The translations under genes were made by a program, and so were the position numbers. The notes beneath the pieces were generated by a model. The model made no database searches. It was given only the letters and a program-made list of their open reading frames with translations, and was not told the origin of the DNA. A stretch of DNA of 64,000 nt, taken from positions 2,124,907 through 2,188,906 of the forward strand of contig CAVNZM010000001.1 in the NCBI GenBank assembly GCA_963693365.1. Direction: 5' to 3'. The stretch is from Amoebidium appalachense (lineage: Eukaryota > Protista > Ichthyosporea). This document shows positions 1 through 12,098 of the stretch, piece by piece. Each line of letters starts with the position of its first letter. Position 1 is the stretch's first letter.

Positions 1-2680
1 GCAGGCAGTTGCTGCCGGGTGGGTGTGGTTTGTTGCTGCTGGCCGGGTGGCCCATGCAGGCCCTGCAGGCTGGGTGGCCCCTGCGGTGGCTGCCGGTGTG
101 GGCTGCCTGCTAGGGCTGCAACCTGAGGCTGCTGCTGCTGGCGTGGTGGCTCCTGTTGGTACTGTCGGCTGGGTGGCCCGTGCTGGGCCGGCCGGCCGGG
201 GCTGCAAACTGCTGCTGCAGGCAGCTGCTGCAGTGTGGGTGGGGTCGGTTGCTGCTGGTTGGGTGGCTCTGGCAGGGCCTGCAGGCTGGGTGGCCCCTGC
301 TGTGGCTGCCGGTGTGGGCTGCCGGCAGGGTCTGCAGCCTGCGGCTGCTGCTGCTGGCTTGGTGGCTCCTGTTCGTGCTGTCGGCTGGGTGGCCCGTGCT
401 GGGCCGTCCGGCCAGGGCTGCAATCTGCTGCCGCAGGCAGCTGGTGCAGTGTTGGTGTGGTCGGTTGCTGCTGGCTGGGTGGCCCAGGCGGGGCCTGCAG
501 GCTGGGTGGCCCCTGCTGTGACTGCCGGTGTGGGCTGCCTGCTGGGGCTGCAGCCTTTGGCTGCTGCTGCTGGCTTGGTGGCTCCTGTTTGTGCTGTCGG
601 CTGGGTGGCTCGTGCTGGGCCTGCCGGCTGGGGTTTTCTGCTACCTGCTGCTGCTGCCGTGTGGGTGTGGTCGGTTGCTGCTGGCTGGGTTGTTCTGGCA
701 GGGCCTGCAGGCTGGGTGGCCCCTGCTGTGGCTGCAGGTGTGGGCTGCCTGCTGTGTCTGCAGCCTGAGGCTGCTGTTGCTGGCGGGGTGGCTCCTGTTG
801 GTGCTGTCGGCTGGGTGGCCCGTGCTGGGCCTGCCGGCCGGGGCTGCACGCCGCCGCTGCAGGCAGCTGCTGCAGTGTAGGTGTGGTCGGTTGTTGCTGG
901 CTGGGTGGCCCTGGCAGGGCCTGCAGGCTGGGTGGCCCCTGCTGTGGCTGCCGGTGAGGGCTGCCTGCTGGGGCTACAGCCTGCGGCGGCTGCTGCTGGC
1001 TTGGTGGCTCCTGTTGGTACTGTCGGCTGGGTGGCCCGTGCTGGGCCGGCCGGCCGGGGCTGCAATCTGCTGCTGCAGGCAGCTGCTGCAGTGTAGATGT
1101 GATCGGTTGCTGCTGGCTGGGTGGCCCATGCAGGGCCTTCAGGCTGGGTGGCCCCTGTTGTGGGCTGCTGGCGGGGGCTGCAGCCTGAGGCTGCTGTTGC
1201 TGGCTTGGTGGCTCCTGTTGGTGCTGGCGACTGGGTGGCCCATGCTGGTCCTGCCGGCCGGGGCTGCCTGCTGGGGCAGCGGCAGGCCGATGCAGCAAAG
1301 TGGGTGTGGGTTGGTGCTGCTGGGTGGGGCTGCAATCTGCTGCTGCAGGCAGTTGCTGCCGGGTGGGTGTGGTTTGTTGCTGCTGGCCGGTTGGCCCATG
1401 CAGGCCCTGCAGGCTGGGTGGCCCCTGCGGTGGCTGCCGGTGTGGGCTGCCTGCTAGGGCTGCAACCTGAGGCTGCTGCTGCTGGCGTGGTGGCTCCTGT
1501 TGGTACTGTCGGCTGGGTGGCCCGTGCTGGGCCGGCCGGCCGGGGCTGCAAACTGCTGCTGCAGGCAGCTGCTGCAGTGTGGGTGGGGTCGGTTGCTGCT
1601 GGTTGGGTGGCTCTGGCAGGGCCTGCAGGCTGGGTGGCCCCTGCTGTGGCTGCCGGTGTGGGCTGCCGGCAGGGTCTGCAGCCTGCGGCTGCTGCTGCTG
1701 GCTTGGTGGCTCCTGTTCGTGCTGTCGGTTGGGTGGCCCGTGCTGGGCCGTCCGGCCGGGGCTGCAATCTGCTGCCGCAGGCAGCTGGTGCAGTGTGGGT
1801 GTGGTCGGTTGCTGCTGGCTGGGTGGCCCAGGCGGGGCCTGCAGGCTGGGTGGCCCCTGCTGTGACTGCCGGTGTGGGCTGCCTGCTGGGGCTGCAGCCT
1901 TTGGCTGCTGCTGCTGGCTTGGTGGCTACTGTTTGTGCTGTCGGCTGGGTGGCTCGTGCTGGGCCGGCCGGCCGGAGCTGCAATCTGCTACTGTAGGCCG
2001 CCGCTGCATTGTGGGTGTGGTCGGTTGCTGCTGGCTGGGTGACCCTGGCAGGGCCTGCAGGCTGGGTGGCCCCTGCTGTGGCTGCCGGTGTGGGCTGCCT
2101 GCTGGGGCTACAGCCTGAGGCTGCTGCTGCTGGCTGGGTGGCTCCTGTTGGTTGGGTGGCCCGTGCTGGGCCTGCCGGCCGGGGCTGCACGCTGCTGCTG
2201 CAGGCGGCTGCTGCAGTGTGGGTGTGGTCGGTTGTTGCTGGCTGGGTGGCCCTGGCAGGGCCTGCAGGCTGGGTGGCCCCTGCTGTGGCTGCCGGTGTGG
2301 GCTGCCTGCTGGGGCTGCAGCCTGCGGCTGCTGCTGCTGGCTTGGTGGCTCCTGTTGGTGCTGTCGGCTGGGTGGCCCGTGCTGGGCCGGCCGGCCGGGG
2401 CTGCAATCTGCTGCTGCAGGCAGCTGCTGCAGTGTAGGTGTGATCGGTTGCTGCTGGCTAGGTGGCCCATGCAGGGCCTGCAGGCTGGGTGGCCCCTGCT
2501 GTGGCTGCCGTTGTGGGCTGCCGGCAGGGGCTTCAGCCTGAGGCTGCTGCTGCTGGCTTGGTGGCTCCTGTTGGTGCTGTCGACTGGGTGGCCCATGCTG
2601 GGCCTGCCTGTTGGGGCTGCCTGCTGGGCCAGCGGCAGGCTGGTGCAGCAAAGTGGGTGTGGGTTGGTGCTGCTGGGTGG
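1..2680. repeat. GC-rich tandem minisatellite, ~216-bp unit with a 1344-bp higher-order repeat; runs off the left edge of the window
   Basis: The unit recurs at 216-bp spacing (ggctgcaa motif near 200 and near 416). Sequence at 1 recurs at 1345, and the ORF pairs 156/1500 and 235/1579 are offset by 1344. Confidence 0.95.
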
Positions 2681-4360
2681 ATCCGGGGTCCCCCTCCTCC
2701 TGATACCACCCCGTCTGGGACGGGTGTGCCTGGGGGGGAGGGGGGGGGGTGTCCTGGGGGGTGGGGGGGATGCCCGGGGGGTTGTTGGGGTCGGCTGTGT
2801 ACAGTGGGATGATGGGACTGCTTGTTGGGGGTACGGGTGGGGGGGCTCCGGAGGGGGAGGGGGTGCTGGCCAGCCATATTGGACGGCCAGCTCCTTGGCC
2901 CTCTCCCAGAAACCCTGTGGATTTGCCGCCCGGTCCGTTGCATTGAGGAGCCGGTGTAGCTCCGCGTGCTCGTTGTCCTCCGGGAAGACCTTCGTCGGTT
3001 TTGACGTGGACTTCTCTGGTTTGCTCTTGGTCCGGCCCACTGTGGTTTTTGCCACCGAGAGAATGGTGGCGGCCATGTACTCCCATCTCCCTTCCACCTC
3101 CGCCTGGGTAGGGGTGGTGGTTGGGGGGGACGTGAAGGCTGCCTCCGTGCCGGTGGTAAAACGTGCCCAGTCCTCCTGTGTGGTGTTCGGTTTCAGCTGG
3201 AGTCTCGGTGTGGGTTGGTTTCGGGTTGGCCCTGGTCCCTGGCCCGGCAGGTTAGGATGGGGCCCAGTTTCGCACCAGGCCAGGTGGTGGTCGGTGTGAA
3301 GATCCGGTAATTCCGTGACGGAGGCTGAGACCAGTGCCGGGCGTAACGCCGCCGGGATGTATACGTAGTCGATGCGTGAGCGGTGGGGACCGCTGTGGTA
3401 CGTATATTCCCTGGTGGTGGGGTGTTCGGCTCGGTAGCTGTCTATGAGTAGATGGGCGTCCATCAGCTCGTGGAGCAGCCCGGGCACGAGTCCTGTGGGC
3501 ATTGCCTGTGCTGAACTGGGGCCGGTTTCGGGCCGTGCCCTGTCCAGAGTAGGGTGGCACACCTCGTTGAAATCCCCGGCCACGATGACAGTGGTGTCGT
3601 TGGGGGCCGGGAGGGAGGTGAGAAATCTGGCTACCTGTGAGGTGAGTCGACGGGCCTGTCTGACGTTTCCCTGTGTTGCATTCGTGTGTTGATAAAGTCC
3701 TATCACCCACGTTGTGTGCCGTTTTGTGTGATATGGAATAGCTAGCATTCGTGCATCTTTGCTATGTGGTTTTCCTTGGTGTCTAAACCACGTTTCGTTT
3801 GTAAGTATCACCACCCCCGTGTAGCGGAATCGTGTTTCCTCCTGGGCTAGTGACGGTGTGGTTTGGTCATTGGACGAGCTCTCTGCCACCGGGATACCGG
3901 CCTCTGAGGCAGAGAGTGTTGTGTGTGTGTGTCCAGTGGTGGTGGCTGGTGGGCATACATACGTGGCACGCATGGGGATACCTTCGTTTCGAATGGAAAA
4001 CTTTGTGCGTGTGAAGGAGCCCGGGGTGGTCCCGGTCTCCGTCAGAATGACTACGTCCATGTCTGCAAAGGCAGCCCACCTGGCTGCCTCGACGATCTTG
4101 TCCTGGCCGGTACGAGTGGTAGGTCCGGCCAGGTTTAAAGTTCCAATCCGAAGGTGGCTGTGTGGTTTGGCTGGTGGTAAATTTGCGTGGTTGATGGGCG
4201 AGACTAGCTCCCCTTCAAGTGCTTCCAGGGCTGTGTTCTGGTGGATCATGTCTGTGGCCTCTGGACCCGGACTTTGCGCTGTGCCGAGTGTTTGTGTGGT
4301 GTCGGGCGCTACCCCCTTTGCCGGCGCCGGGTGTCCGGGCGGGGGGGATGGGGTCGGCAT
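2108..4360 (-). pseudogene. LINE ORF2 N-terminus: APE/EEP endonuclease plus linker, continuing into the repeat array
   Basis: Motifs LRIGTLNLAG, DVVILTET, VIVAGDFNE, YTY..RSRIDYVYI and TDHHL, followed by the post-EN helix WEYMAATILSVAK. Confidence 0.85.
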
Positions 4361-4420
4361 TATGCCTGCCCGTCCCCATGCGATGGGGGACGGGCACCTT
4401 GGTCAGTTCCCCGTGTCGAG

Positions 4421-6690
4421 TTAACCGGAGGACCTGTGTGGTGTGGATGGGCGTGTGGGCTGTGTGGGTTGGCGTTGTGAGGGGGCCCCTGGGGGCCCCC
4501 GCCTTGGTTGGGGGGGGCGCCGCTGTTGGGGTGTTGTGCCTCTGTGGGCCTCAATGGCTCGGTGGCTTGGGGGTCTCGGGTCTCTGGGGTGGAGTGCTCT
4601 CCCCCCCTCCCCCCTCCCCCCCCCCCTAGCCCCGTCCAAACGGGCTTCCAGTGTGAGGGCAAGGCGGTCCCCTAGCCGTTCGAGCATATAGTAACCATCG
4701 ACTGCTCCATACCCCTCAGCTGGGCAGTCGTATCCTGCACCTCACGGTGCACGTTGTGTATGGTGGCCCCCTGGCTGGCCAACTGTAGTTCGAGCCGGTT
4801 TACTCGAGCCGTCAGGTCCGCCACGGGGTCCCCTGTGGGCGACACCGGCGGAGGTGGGGACGGGGCCTGGTAGGGCTGGTGCGACGGCGCGGAGGCCAAT
4901 GATTGGTCGTCTTCGTCTGGGGCCTCGAGTGGTGGTGTGTTGTCTGTGGGATGTGTGCTCTGCCCTAGCCGCGGGTGGTCGAGGAGCACGGTCGCCCTGT
5001 CCACGGTGGTGAGGCGGGCACGTACTGTGTATTCGCGGGGGCTTGGTGCCCCGGTATTAAACGACAGAAGTATTCCCTCCGGGTGGTCCCGGAGGTATGG
5101 GTAGTCCGTGTGGCTTACGGGGATGGGCATGGTGATGAAGTGGTGCCCTGTGACCCTACACTTATTCACCTCTGGGGCTCTGCCGGCTCTACCCTCCCGG
5201 GTGGCCCCCTCCCCGGGGGGGCCAAGGCCGGAGTACGTGAGTGCCTGGCGGAGTGCCTGGACGTGTACATAGTCCCGCCACTCAATCACGGTGGCGAAGA
5301 AAGAGTCGTCAGGTGGGTCTAGACTACTCAAGCCCACCAACACGATAATACCCGGTGCGAAAAGGGGTTTCCGTTGGCATTTATATGCGGGGTGGCCCAG
5401 TCCCCCACAGTTACCGCAGTTTCGGCGGCGTTGCAGGCATGTGGCGATGGGGTTACTGGGGTTTCCGTGTACGTGTAACGGCCGGTTACAGTACGGACAA
5501 ACACCTGGTGCGGTTTTTGGGGCACTCATCCGGTTCGTGCCCCACCTCCCGACAGGTTAGGCACTGAACAAACGGGCACTCTGTGTCTGTTAGTTTGTGG
5601 GATTGCTCCCAACACAACCCACACATGTGAGACTGTGGGATGGGGATTAGCAACAGAACTGCCTCTGACTCCTCCCCCCCCCCCCTCCTGTGTCGGAAAG
5701 GGTCGGGCCTGGGGCCACTCGGGAGGGGTGTCCACCACACGGGGGGTGGGGTTGGTGTTCTCATAGAGGCGATGATCGTACCCCTCGAGATGGGGGAGGC
5801 GTGTGTCCTCGTTTAAGCCGGGTGTGGTGATAGCCCAGGCCCGGTGCCTGTGCATTGCAGGGGCCGTCGTCATGTATGTTTCCTCCACTAGAGAGGTCCG
5901 GTTGACCCTAAAGTGTTCTCGGAGATTTATTATGCGTTTTCTATGGTGTTCGTCGTCAGGAAAAACCACCTCATAATTACCCTCATACGCCCAGTGCTTC
6001 CTGGCGATACGGAAGTTGGGGTTTGGGGGGAGCCAGGTTACGGTCACTGGGTGAAGGTCTATGGCATATAGCACGGTTGCCACGTCACTTGCTCGTCCTA
6101 TCCTCGGAACATTGCACGTTTCTACCGTTCTATTCGGGATTAGGACCATGTACCGTGTGGGGTTCGGGCGGATGGAGGGGTGGGGTGGGGGGGCAGGTAA
6201 AATGCCCTCCCCCACCAGTGCTGTGACTAGTGCCTCCCACTCTGCTTCTGTGCCTACCATGATCTCTATGCCCCGTTGGTTTCGGTTGTGCACCAGGTAC
6301 CTGTTTGCTAGGTTCTGGGTGCTGACGAAGTCATACACCCGAGCCAACCAGCCCGCTTCAGAGTGTCCGTCGTCTGCTGGCAGGGGACACAGTATGGAAA
6401 GGGTGGGGGCGTTAGTTTTACCTGGTATGGCATAGTCCGTCCTGTGCGTGAGGTAGACCTCTCCATCTCCTCTGTTTCCTCCTTTCCTCTTTTGCCCGAC
6501 AAGCGCTCGTTTCCTCCAGAGCCCGGGGGATGATGAGGGTTCGCTCCCACCCCCATGCTTTCCCCCATCGGTTGTGTGGTTTCTACCGACTCGGTTGCCC
6601 TATCCATGTGATTGGGTGTGGGTGGGTTTAAGGTGGATATTGCAGTGAGGGACGTGTCCTAGTCTAGCTCCATGTGGTTTTCCATGGTAG
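4421..6690 (-). pseudogene. LINE ORF1 (gag-like, several CCHC zinc knuckles, C-terminal coiled coil), broken by frameshifts
   Basis: Pieces 6308-6607, 5526-6347, 5486-5764 (CGLCWEQSH..C, CLTCREVGHEPDEC), 4672-5529 (CGNCGGLGHPAYKC; DLTARVNRLELQL) and 4421-4687. The start is approximate. Confidence 0.75.
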
Positions 6691-7674
6691 GGGTGGGGGC
6701 AGCTATGTTTTGGGTAGCGTTTATTTGCTAGATGGTTGTTGACTTTGTGTGTGCGAAAAGGGTGAGTGCAGGATGCTGGTATCTGTGGATACGGCTACTC
6801 TGTGCGCGTTCTACTCTGCTACTGTGTGTGTGAATTCTGTGCCGTTAATGTTTTTCCCCCCAGACAAAGGTCACTACCACTGAAAGAGGAAACGTTGGTT
6901 TTGTGTCAAGTGCAGGGAAAAAAAGGGGGGGCTCCTTTCCGGCGCGTAACTCCCGTGCCCGCCGGCCTACTGGGACGGCTTTTAGTGTCCCCTGTAGCTA
7001 ACATGTACCTCTATCCGCTTGAGTTTTTCTGGGTCCGGCTGTTAGGTGTGCTAGGAGTTCTCCGTTGGACTAGAGGAGCTAGAAAACACGTTTTCACGTG
7101 TTTCCGACCAGTTTTCGTGGCGACCTGTGCTACTTAAATTTTAACCTGACAAAAATGCACGGAATGTCTACTCTGATTGGCCATCTCTATGGGTTCTGGT
7201 GCGGTCTAATGTGCCTATTGGTTGACTTAATGCGGAATTTGCAGAATCATGCAGCCTAATCACCGATTACATGTGGTTTTGATGTGATCGGGAGCCGGAC
7301 ATGGTGCGACTGTCAGAATTAGGATTAGGTGGTCGGGTTTTTTGCATGCGTTAGCCTATATCTCTAGCTAGCAGCACATAGTGGTCTTAGCCGCTCCAGA
7401 AACACACAACAAAAGTTATTTTAGTTTAAATTAAAATTTAGCGGAAAAACCACGTGTTTTCTTAGAAGGTCGCCAACTTCGATGACCAAATGCGCCCAAG
7501 AGATGGCGTCGGAGACCCTACATGTTATATATGTTACTATGTCGAAATGAAGTGAATTTCACGTTTTTCACCTTTTTGAGGCCTGGTTACTATGCAACTG
7601 CGCTAGAAATAGCGATCGTCTAAAAATAGGTTAACTAGGACAAAAGTGTCCGAATAGATCTGTGCGAATTATCA

Positions 7675-8276
7675 ATCAACTCGTGTCATCATCAAGGAAG
7701 TTCTAACCTATGACATACTGCAAAGACTCAGACATATCACACTTAACCTTGATGATTGGTTAAAGCCCGGCAACACATGAAAACTAAAGTAAATTAATGA
7801 AGTCTGAACACACATGTTATTCTAAGTGTAGCCTAAGTGTGTTACCGTCCAATGAACACGTATTAAGTAACACAAATCTACCTAACATATATTAGTAGAA
7901 AAGAAATACGATTATACACATGAAGACAAGGAGAGAAAGAAAAGAAAATAAGGAAGGAGAAAGAGAAAGGAAAAGAGAGCACAGATCAACAAACAAGATA
8001 GCAATAGCATAACTATAACCAGAGATATTTATGTACACACGAACATGTACACGTCTCTCCCTGAGTGGGTGGATCCGTGTACACACATATAAATATTCTA
8101 ATCGATATCACAATACACGATTAAAGCCGATACAACACGATTACAAGTATACAAGCATATCGGAGATCGATGCTACACTTTACATTCGGAGTGTGGCATT
8201 TACACTAAGCATATGAACTGAAACATAACACAAACTGAGAAGATCTTACCATATGTAAATACTACGTATTACAACA
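7675..8276 (-). mobile_element. Truncated Copia family-A LTR (5' ~600 bp)
   Basis: Near-identical to 24351-24954; begins TGTTGTAATACG at 8276 on the minus strand. Confidence 0.92.
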
Positions 8277-9926
8277 GTTGGAATGCGTATGCTCTGTCGG
8301 AATGTGTTTTTCTATCTTCTGATAGAACCGATTGGTTCTCCCTCTTTAGTTGTGATAAGATGATAAGTCGCAAGTACAAAAGGAACCGAGAGCACAATAA
8401 AGAATCAGTTGTTGTTTGAATCAATGTCTCGCGAACAACTCCGATTGCCCTCTCATGAATGTGTTAGTCGTGTTTTACATGACACCTCTGTGCACTCTGC
8501 TCCCTTAGACCCGTACAAAACAACAGGTTATAGGCCCATTTTCGCACGCTCTCGCAACACATACTCACACTGTAATCGAAAATACTCAAATTTGAATAGC
8601 GATCTGATTCCTCTCTCGCGCATCGTCTGACTGATTGATCACCATGTTGGAGATACCTGCGTATCTCAACCTCAGCCCCTGGAAAGGGGATGGCACCACG
8701 GACAAGAAGTCCGGCAAACGTCTCACCTATTATGAGTGGGAACCCGTCATCTTCCGGTACCTCCGTACTACCACCGCGGCCAAGTTAGTGCCCGTCATCA
8801 AGGCCCCCGAGTGGGTCGACCCTTCCGACGAGAACGAGTGGCATGGCTATCACACTGAGGAGGCCTACACCGAGGCTTCCAACTTCCTTGAACAGATGTT
8901 TACTCAACTCGTCTCCAATGATGAGCTGTATAACTCTGGCCAAATCCACGATGATGTGTCACCTGCCCAAGCTTTCCACAACGTCCGTATGACCTATGCG
9001 GCTGAACGTGAAGATCGTGCTCGTCAAATCTTCCTCGACTACCATGAGCTTGAACTCAAAGACTTCAAGACCGTCACGGCCTACCTCACCATGGCACGCC
9101 GTCTGTGCACTACCCTGCACATCCTCGAAGAGCCCATTCCTCACAAGACCATGGTTGATAACTTCTTTATCCACCTCAAAAAGAACCGTAAGTTAGTTTG
9201 TTCAGACATCCAGGCCATGATTGCCGACTACTTCCGTCGTACCATCAACTACGAGACCTACAACCGTCTAATCAGTGACATCCGAGCTGCAGAGATCCGT
9301 GAAGGTCTCATCGACTCTGGGTCCGGGTCCTCCTCAACCGTCCGAACAGCACGTGCCCTGCAAAGCCGTGTCCTCACCAAGGACTCGGCTTCAAACGTCC
9401 ACGTATGCCCAGTAAAGGAGTACTTCTCTACTCTTGAGCCGTACCCCCCGACTGACGTCCACGGCCTCGGCATCGTCACTGCACATCACCGTGGTGTCAT
9501 CAACCTGGCCGTCACCTACAACGGAGTAACATCAGTACTGAGCCTAAACACCCTCTACGTACCCGACTCCCCAGCCTTCCTGATTTCCCCCTCCATAGCC
9601 TCCAAGTCGGGTCTCCTTGCCCACCTCGATGATGAGGATGAATTCCCATCCTACCTCTACACTCGTGGTGGCAACATCGTGTGTTCCCTCACAGGCACAG
9701 ATGGACTGTACTTCATAACCGACTATGAGATACGTCCCTCCATCCCTCGGACCGTCACTGCTCTGGTAGCCAACGTCAAGGTCAACAATGACCCTCAGCT
9801 CTGGCACCACCGTCTCGGCCATAGTGCCCTGTCCACCCTCACCAAGATGGTGAGAGGTGACCTCGTGACAGGCCTCCCCTCATCCCTCTCAGTGGCTGAC
9901 ACCACTGACTGCTTCGGTTGTGTCTC
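8277..9926 (+). mobile_element. Copia family-B fragment: ~250-bp LTR (8277-8525), PBS GGTTATAGGCCCA (8526-8538), gag-PR-pre-integrase
   Basis: The LTR reads (T)GTTGG...AAAACAACA and is followed by a copia-type PBS. The element is cut at 9927 by a family-A LTR. Confidence 0.8.
8644..9926 (+). pseudogene. Copia-B gag / protease / GAG-pre-integrase, internally deleted and truncated
   Basis: The N-terminus resembles the family-A gag (WKGDG..TYYEWE). It contains the protease motif DSASNVHVCP and LWHHRLGH...CFGC. Confidence 0.85.
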
Positions 9927-10718
9927 TGTTGTAATACGTAGTATTTACTGTTGTAATACGTAGTATTTACATATGGTAAGATCTTCTCAGTCTGTGTTAT
10001 GTTTCAGTTCATATGCGTAGTGTATATGCCACACTCCTATTATGTAAAGTGTAGCATCGATCTCCGATATGCTTGTATACTTGTAATCGTGTTGTATCGG
10101 CTTTAATCGTGTGTTGTAATATCGATTAGAATATTTATATGTGTGTACACGGATCCCCCCACTCAGGGAGAGACGTGTACATGTTCGTGTGTACATAAAT
10201 ATCTCTGGTTATAGTTATGCTGTTACTATCTTGTTTGTTGATCTGTGCTCTCTTTTCCTTTCTCTTTCTCCTTCCTTATTTTCTTTTCTTTCTCTCCTTG
10301 TCTTCATGTGTATAATCGTATTTCTTTTCTACTAATATATGTTAGGTAGATTTGTGTTACTTAATACGTGTTCATTGGACGGTAACACACTTAGGCTACA
10401 CTTAGAATAGCATGTGTGTTTAGACTTCATTAATTCACTTTAGTTTTCATGTGTTGCCGGGCTTTAACCAATCATCAAGGTTAAGTGTGATATGTCTGAG
10501 TCTTTGCAGTATGTCATAGGTTAGAATTTCCTTGATGATGACACGAGTTGACCTTAACTAGTGTCTGTGTCCTATCGTGTACGTCTCCGCGTACCGGATC
10601 TCTCTGAAAGCAATTGGTTCTTAGTGATTGGTTTCTATTAGAGATAGATCTGATTTCCGACTGGTCGGAAATCATGTATGGATTGGACTTAGAGGAATTT
10701 CAGGTATTTATTCGAAGA
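9927..10718 (+). mobile_element. Copia-A LTR: a 22-bp LTR start (9927-9948) followed by a second LTR (9949-10718) that is interrupted by the Ngaro element
   Basis: TGTTGTAATACGTAGTATTTAC occurs twice in tandem. LTR similarity ends at ttcgaAGA (10718). Confidence 0.92.
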
Positions 10719-12098
10719 GGTTTTATTTGTGGAAATTATTGACATAAATATTTTTCTGGGTAAACACGTAGGATGGGTGTTCGATACCAACATAACCATG
10801 TAGGCTTCACTTTCGTGTTTTAGCAGTTAGCGGTTGGCTGCCCGCACACGGGCACCAAGTAGCCAATCAAAACATCAGATACCATAGATCACTAGACCGA
10901 GTTATGATTGGCTCGGATCAGATTTCACATATCACTAGATCGATTTTGATTGGCTCAGATCGGTAGGCTTAGGTATATAAGCACGACAGTTTTTAGCAGA
11001 TCAGCAAGCTACAAACACATCTTCTGTGTTTAGCATCCACAGCCTTACAGCTATATATTCCTTTTCATTCTCCCTATCTTTCCCTACGCCGGTCAGCATG
11101 CCGCCGAAAAAGCGCCAGGCCGCAGCCGCCGCCCCTGCCGCGGCACCTAAGCGCCTGACCCGCAGCGACCCCCGCCACAGGCTGACCAACGCTCCCGCGG
11201 ACACTGACGCGCCTCCAGCGGCCCATACCACCACGGACCCGGACCCGCCGGCCACTCTCCCCTCCACTCCTGAAGTCCCCCCTCAGGCCCCGCCGTCCCC
11301 GCAGATGACTTCTGAAGACGCCGTCCTTGCCGCCCTCACCGCCATCAGCACCCAGATGGCTGGCGTCCTGGCTGCTCTCACCAACCGCGACGCTCCCGCG
11401 CTCCCCGCCGCGCCCTCCACACCCGGGGAGGTTTCCCCGGGGCTGCATCTCGGCCCTGACCTAGACCTACCTGCCCTGCCCGCGCCCCCCATCACAGGTG
11501 AGAACACTGGCGACATTCAGCCGGGCACACTCCCGCTTCCCCCCGCGGATGTGCTGGCAGATTTGCGCGCCAATCGTTTCGTCGACCTGTATAAGTTCAC
11601 CCCCGCCGCCCTCCTGGCCCCATCCAAGAAATGTCAGCATCTGCGCATGGCCGACGACGGCAGCATCGAGACTTTTCGCCAAGACAAACCCGTTCCCCTG
11701 CGTTCACTCGTCATTTGGATCCAAGCTTGGACCCATTACATGGCCGCCAAGCACCACCTCGGCCTCCCCACGGACAAAAACGTACTTTGGACTCAGCACA
11801 TCACTCGCCTCAGCACCCGATACCCGTGGGCCCAGATCCACAACTATGACGTATACGCCCGCACCGTTGCCCACCAGCAGGGTCGGGCTCCGATCGAGTG
11901 TCCCAACCTGCTCGCCCAACTCCACCAGGATCTCCTCCTGCCACCCACTCTGCTCATCCCGGACGCATGTCAGCGCTGTGGCTTCCCCGACCACCCCAGC
12001 GCGGCCTGCCCCATGTACCCCAAGCCCGGCTGTGGTCTTGACGGCTTTAAGTGTTGTAATACGTAGTATTTACATATGGTAAGATCTTCTCAGTTTGT

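Larger units (their letters stand above)
1..7130 (-). mobile_element. Non-LTR retrotransposon (APE-type LINE): 5' UTR, ORF1 with CCHC knuckles, ORF2 endonuclease, then the tandem array; no RT inside the window
   Basis: A zinc-knuckle ORF1 is followed by an APE endonuclease ORF on the minus strand. The 5' boundary is approximate. Confidence 0.8.

Noticed and set aside
1-2680. CRISPR-like array, or plus-strand membrane proteins, in the GC-rich repeats
   Set aside because: There are no unique spacers and no cas genes. The plus-strand ORFs are open only because the strand is A-poor.
7130-7674. Unassigned segment between the LINE and the LTR
   Set aside because: No ORF, terminal repeat or match elsewhere in the window supports a call.
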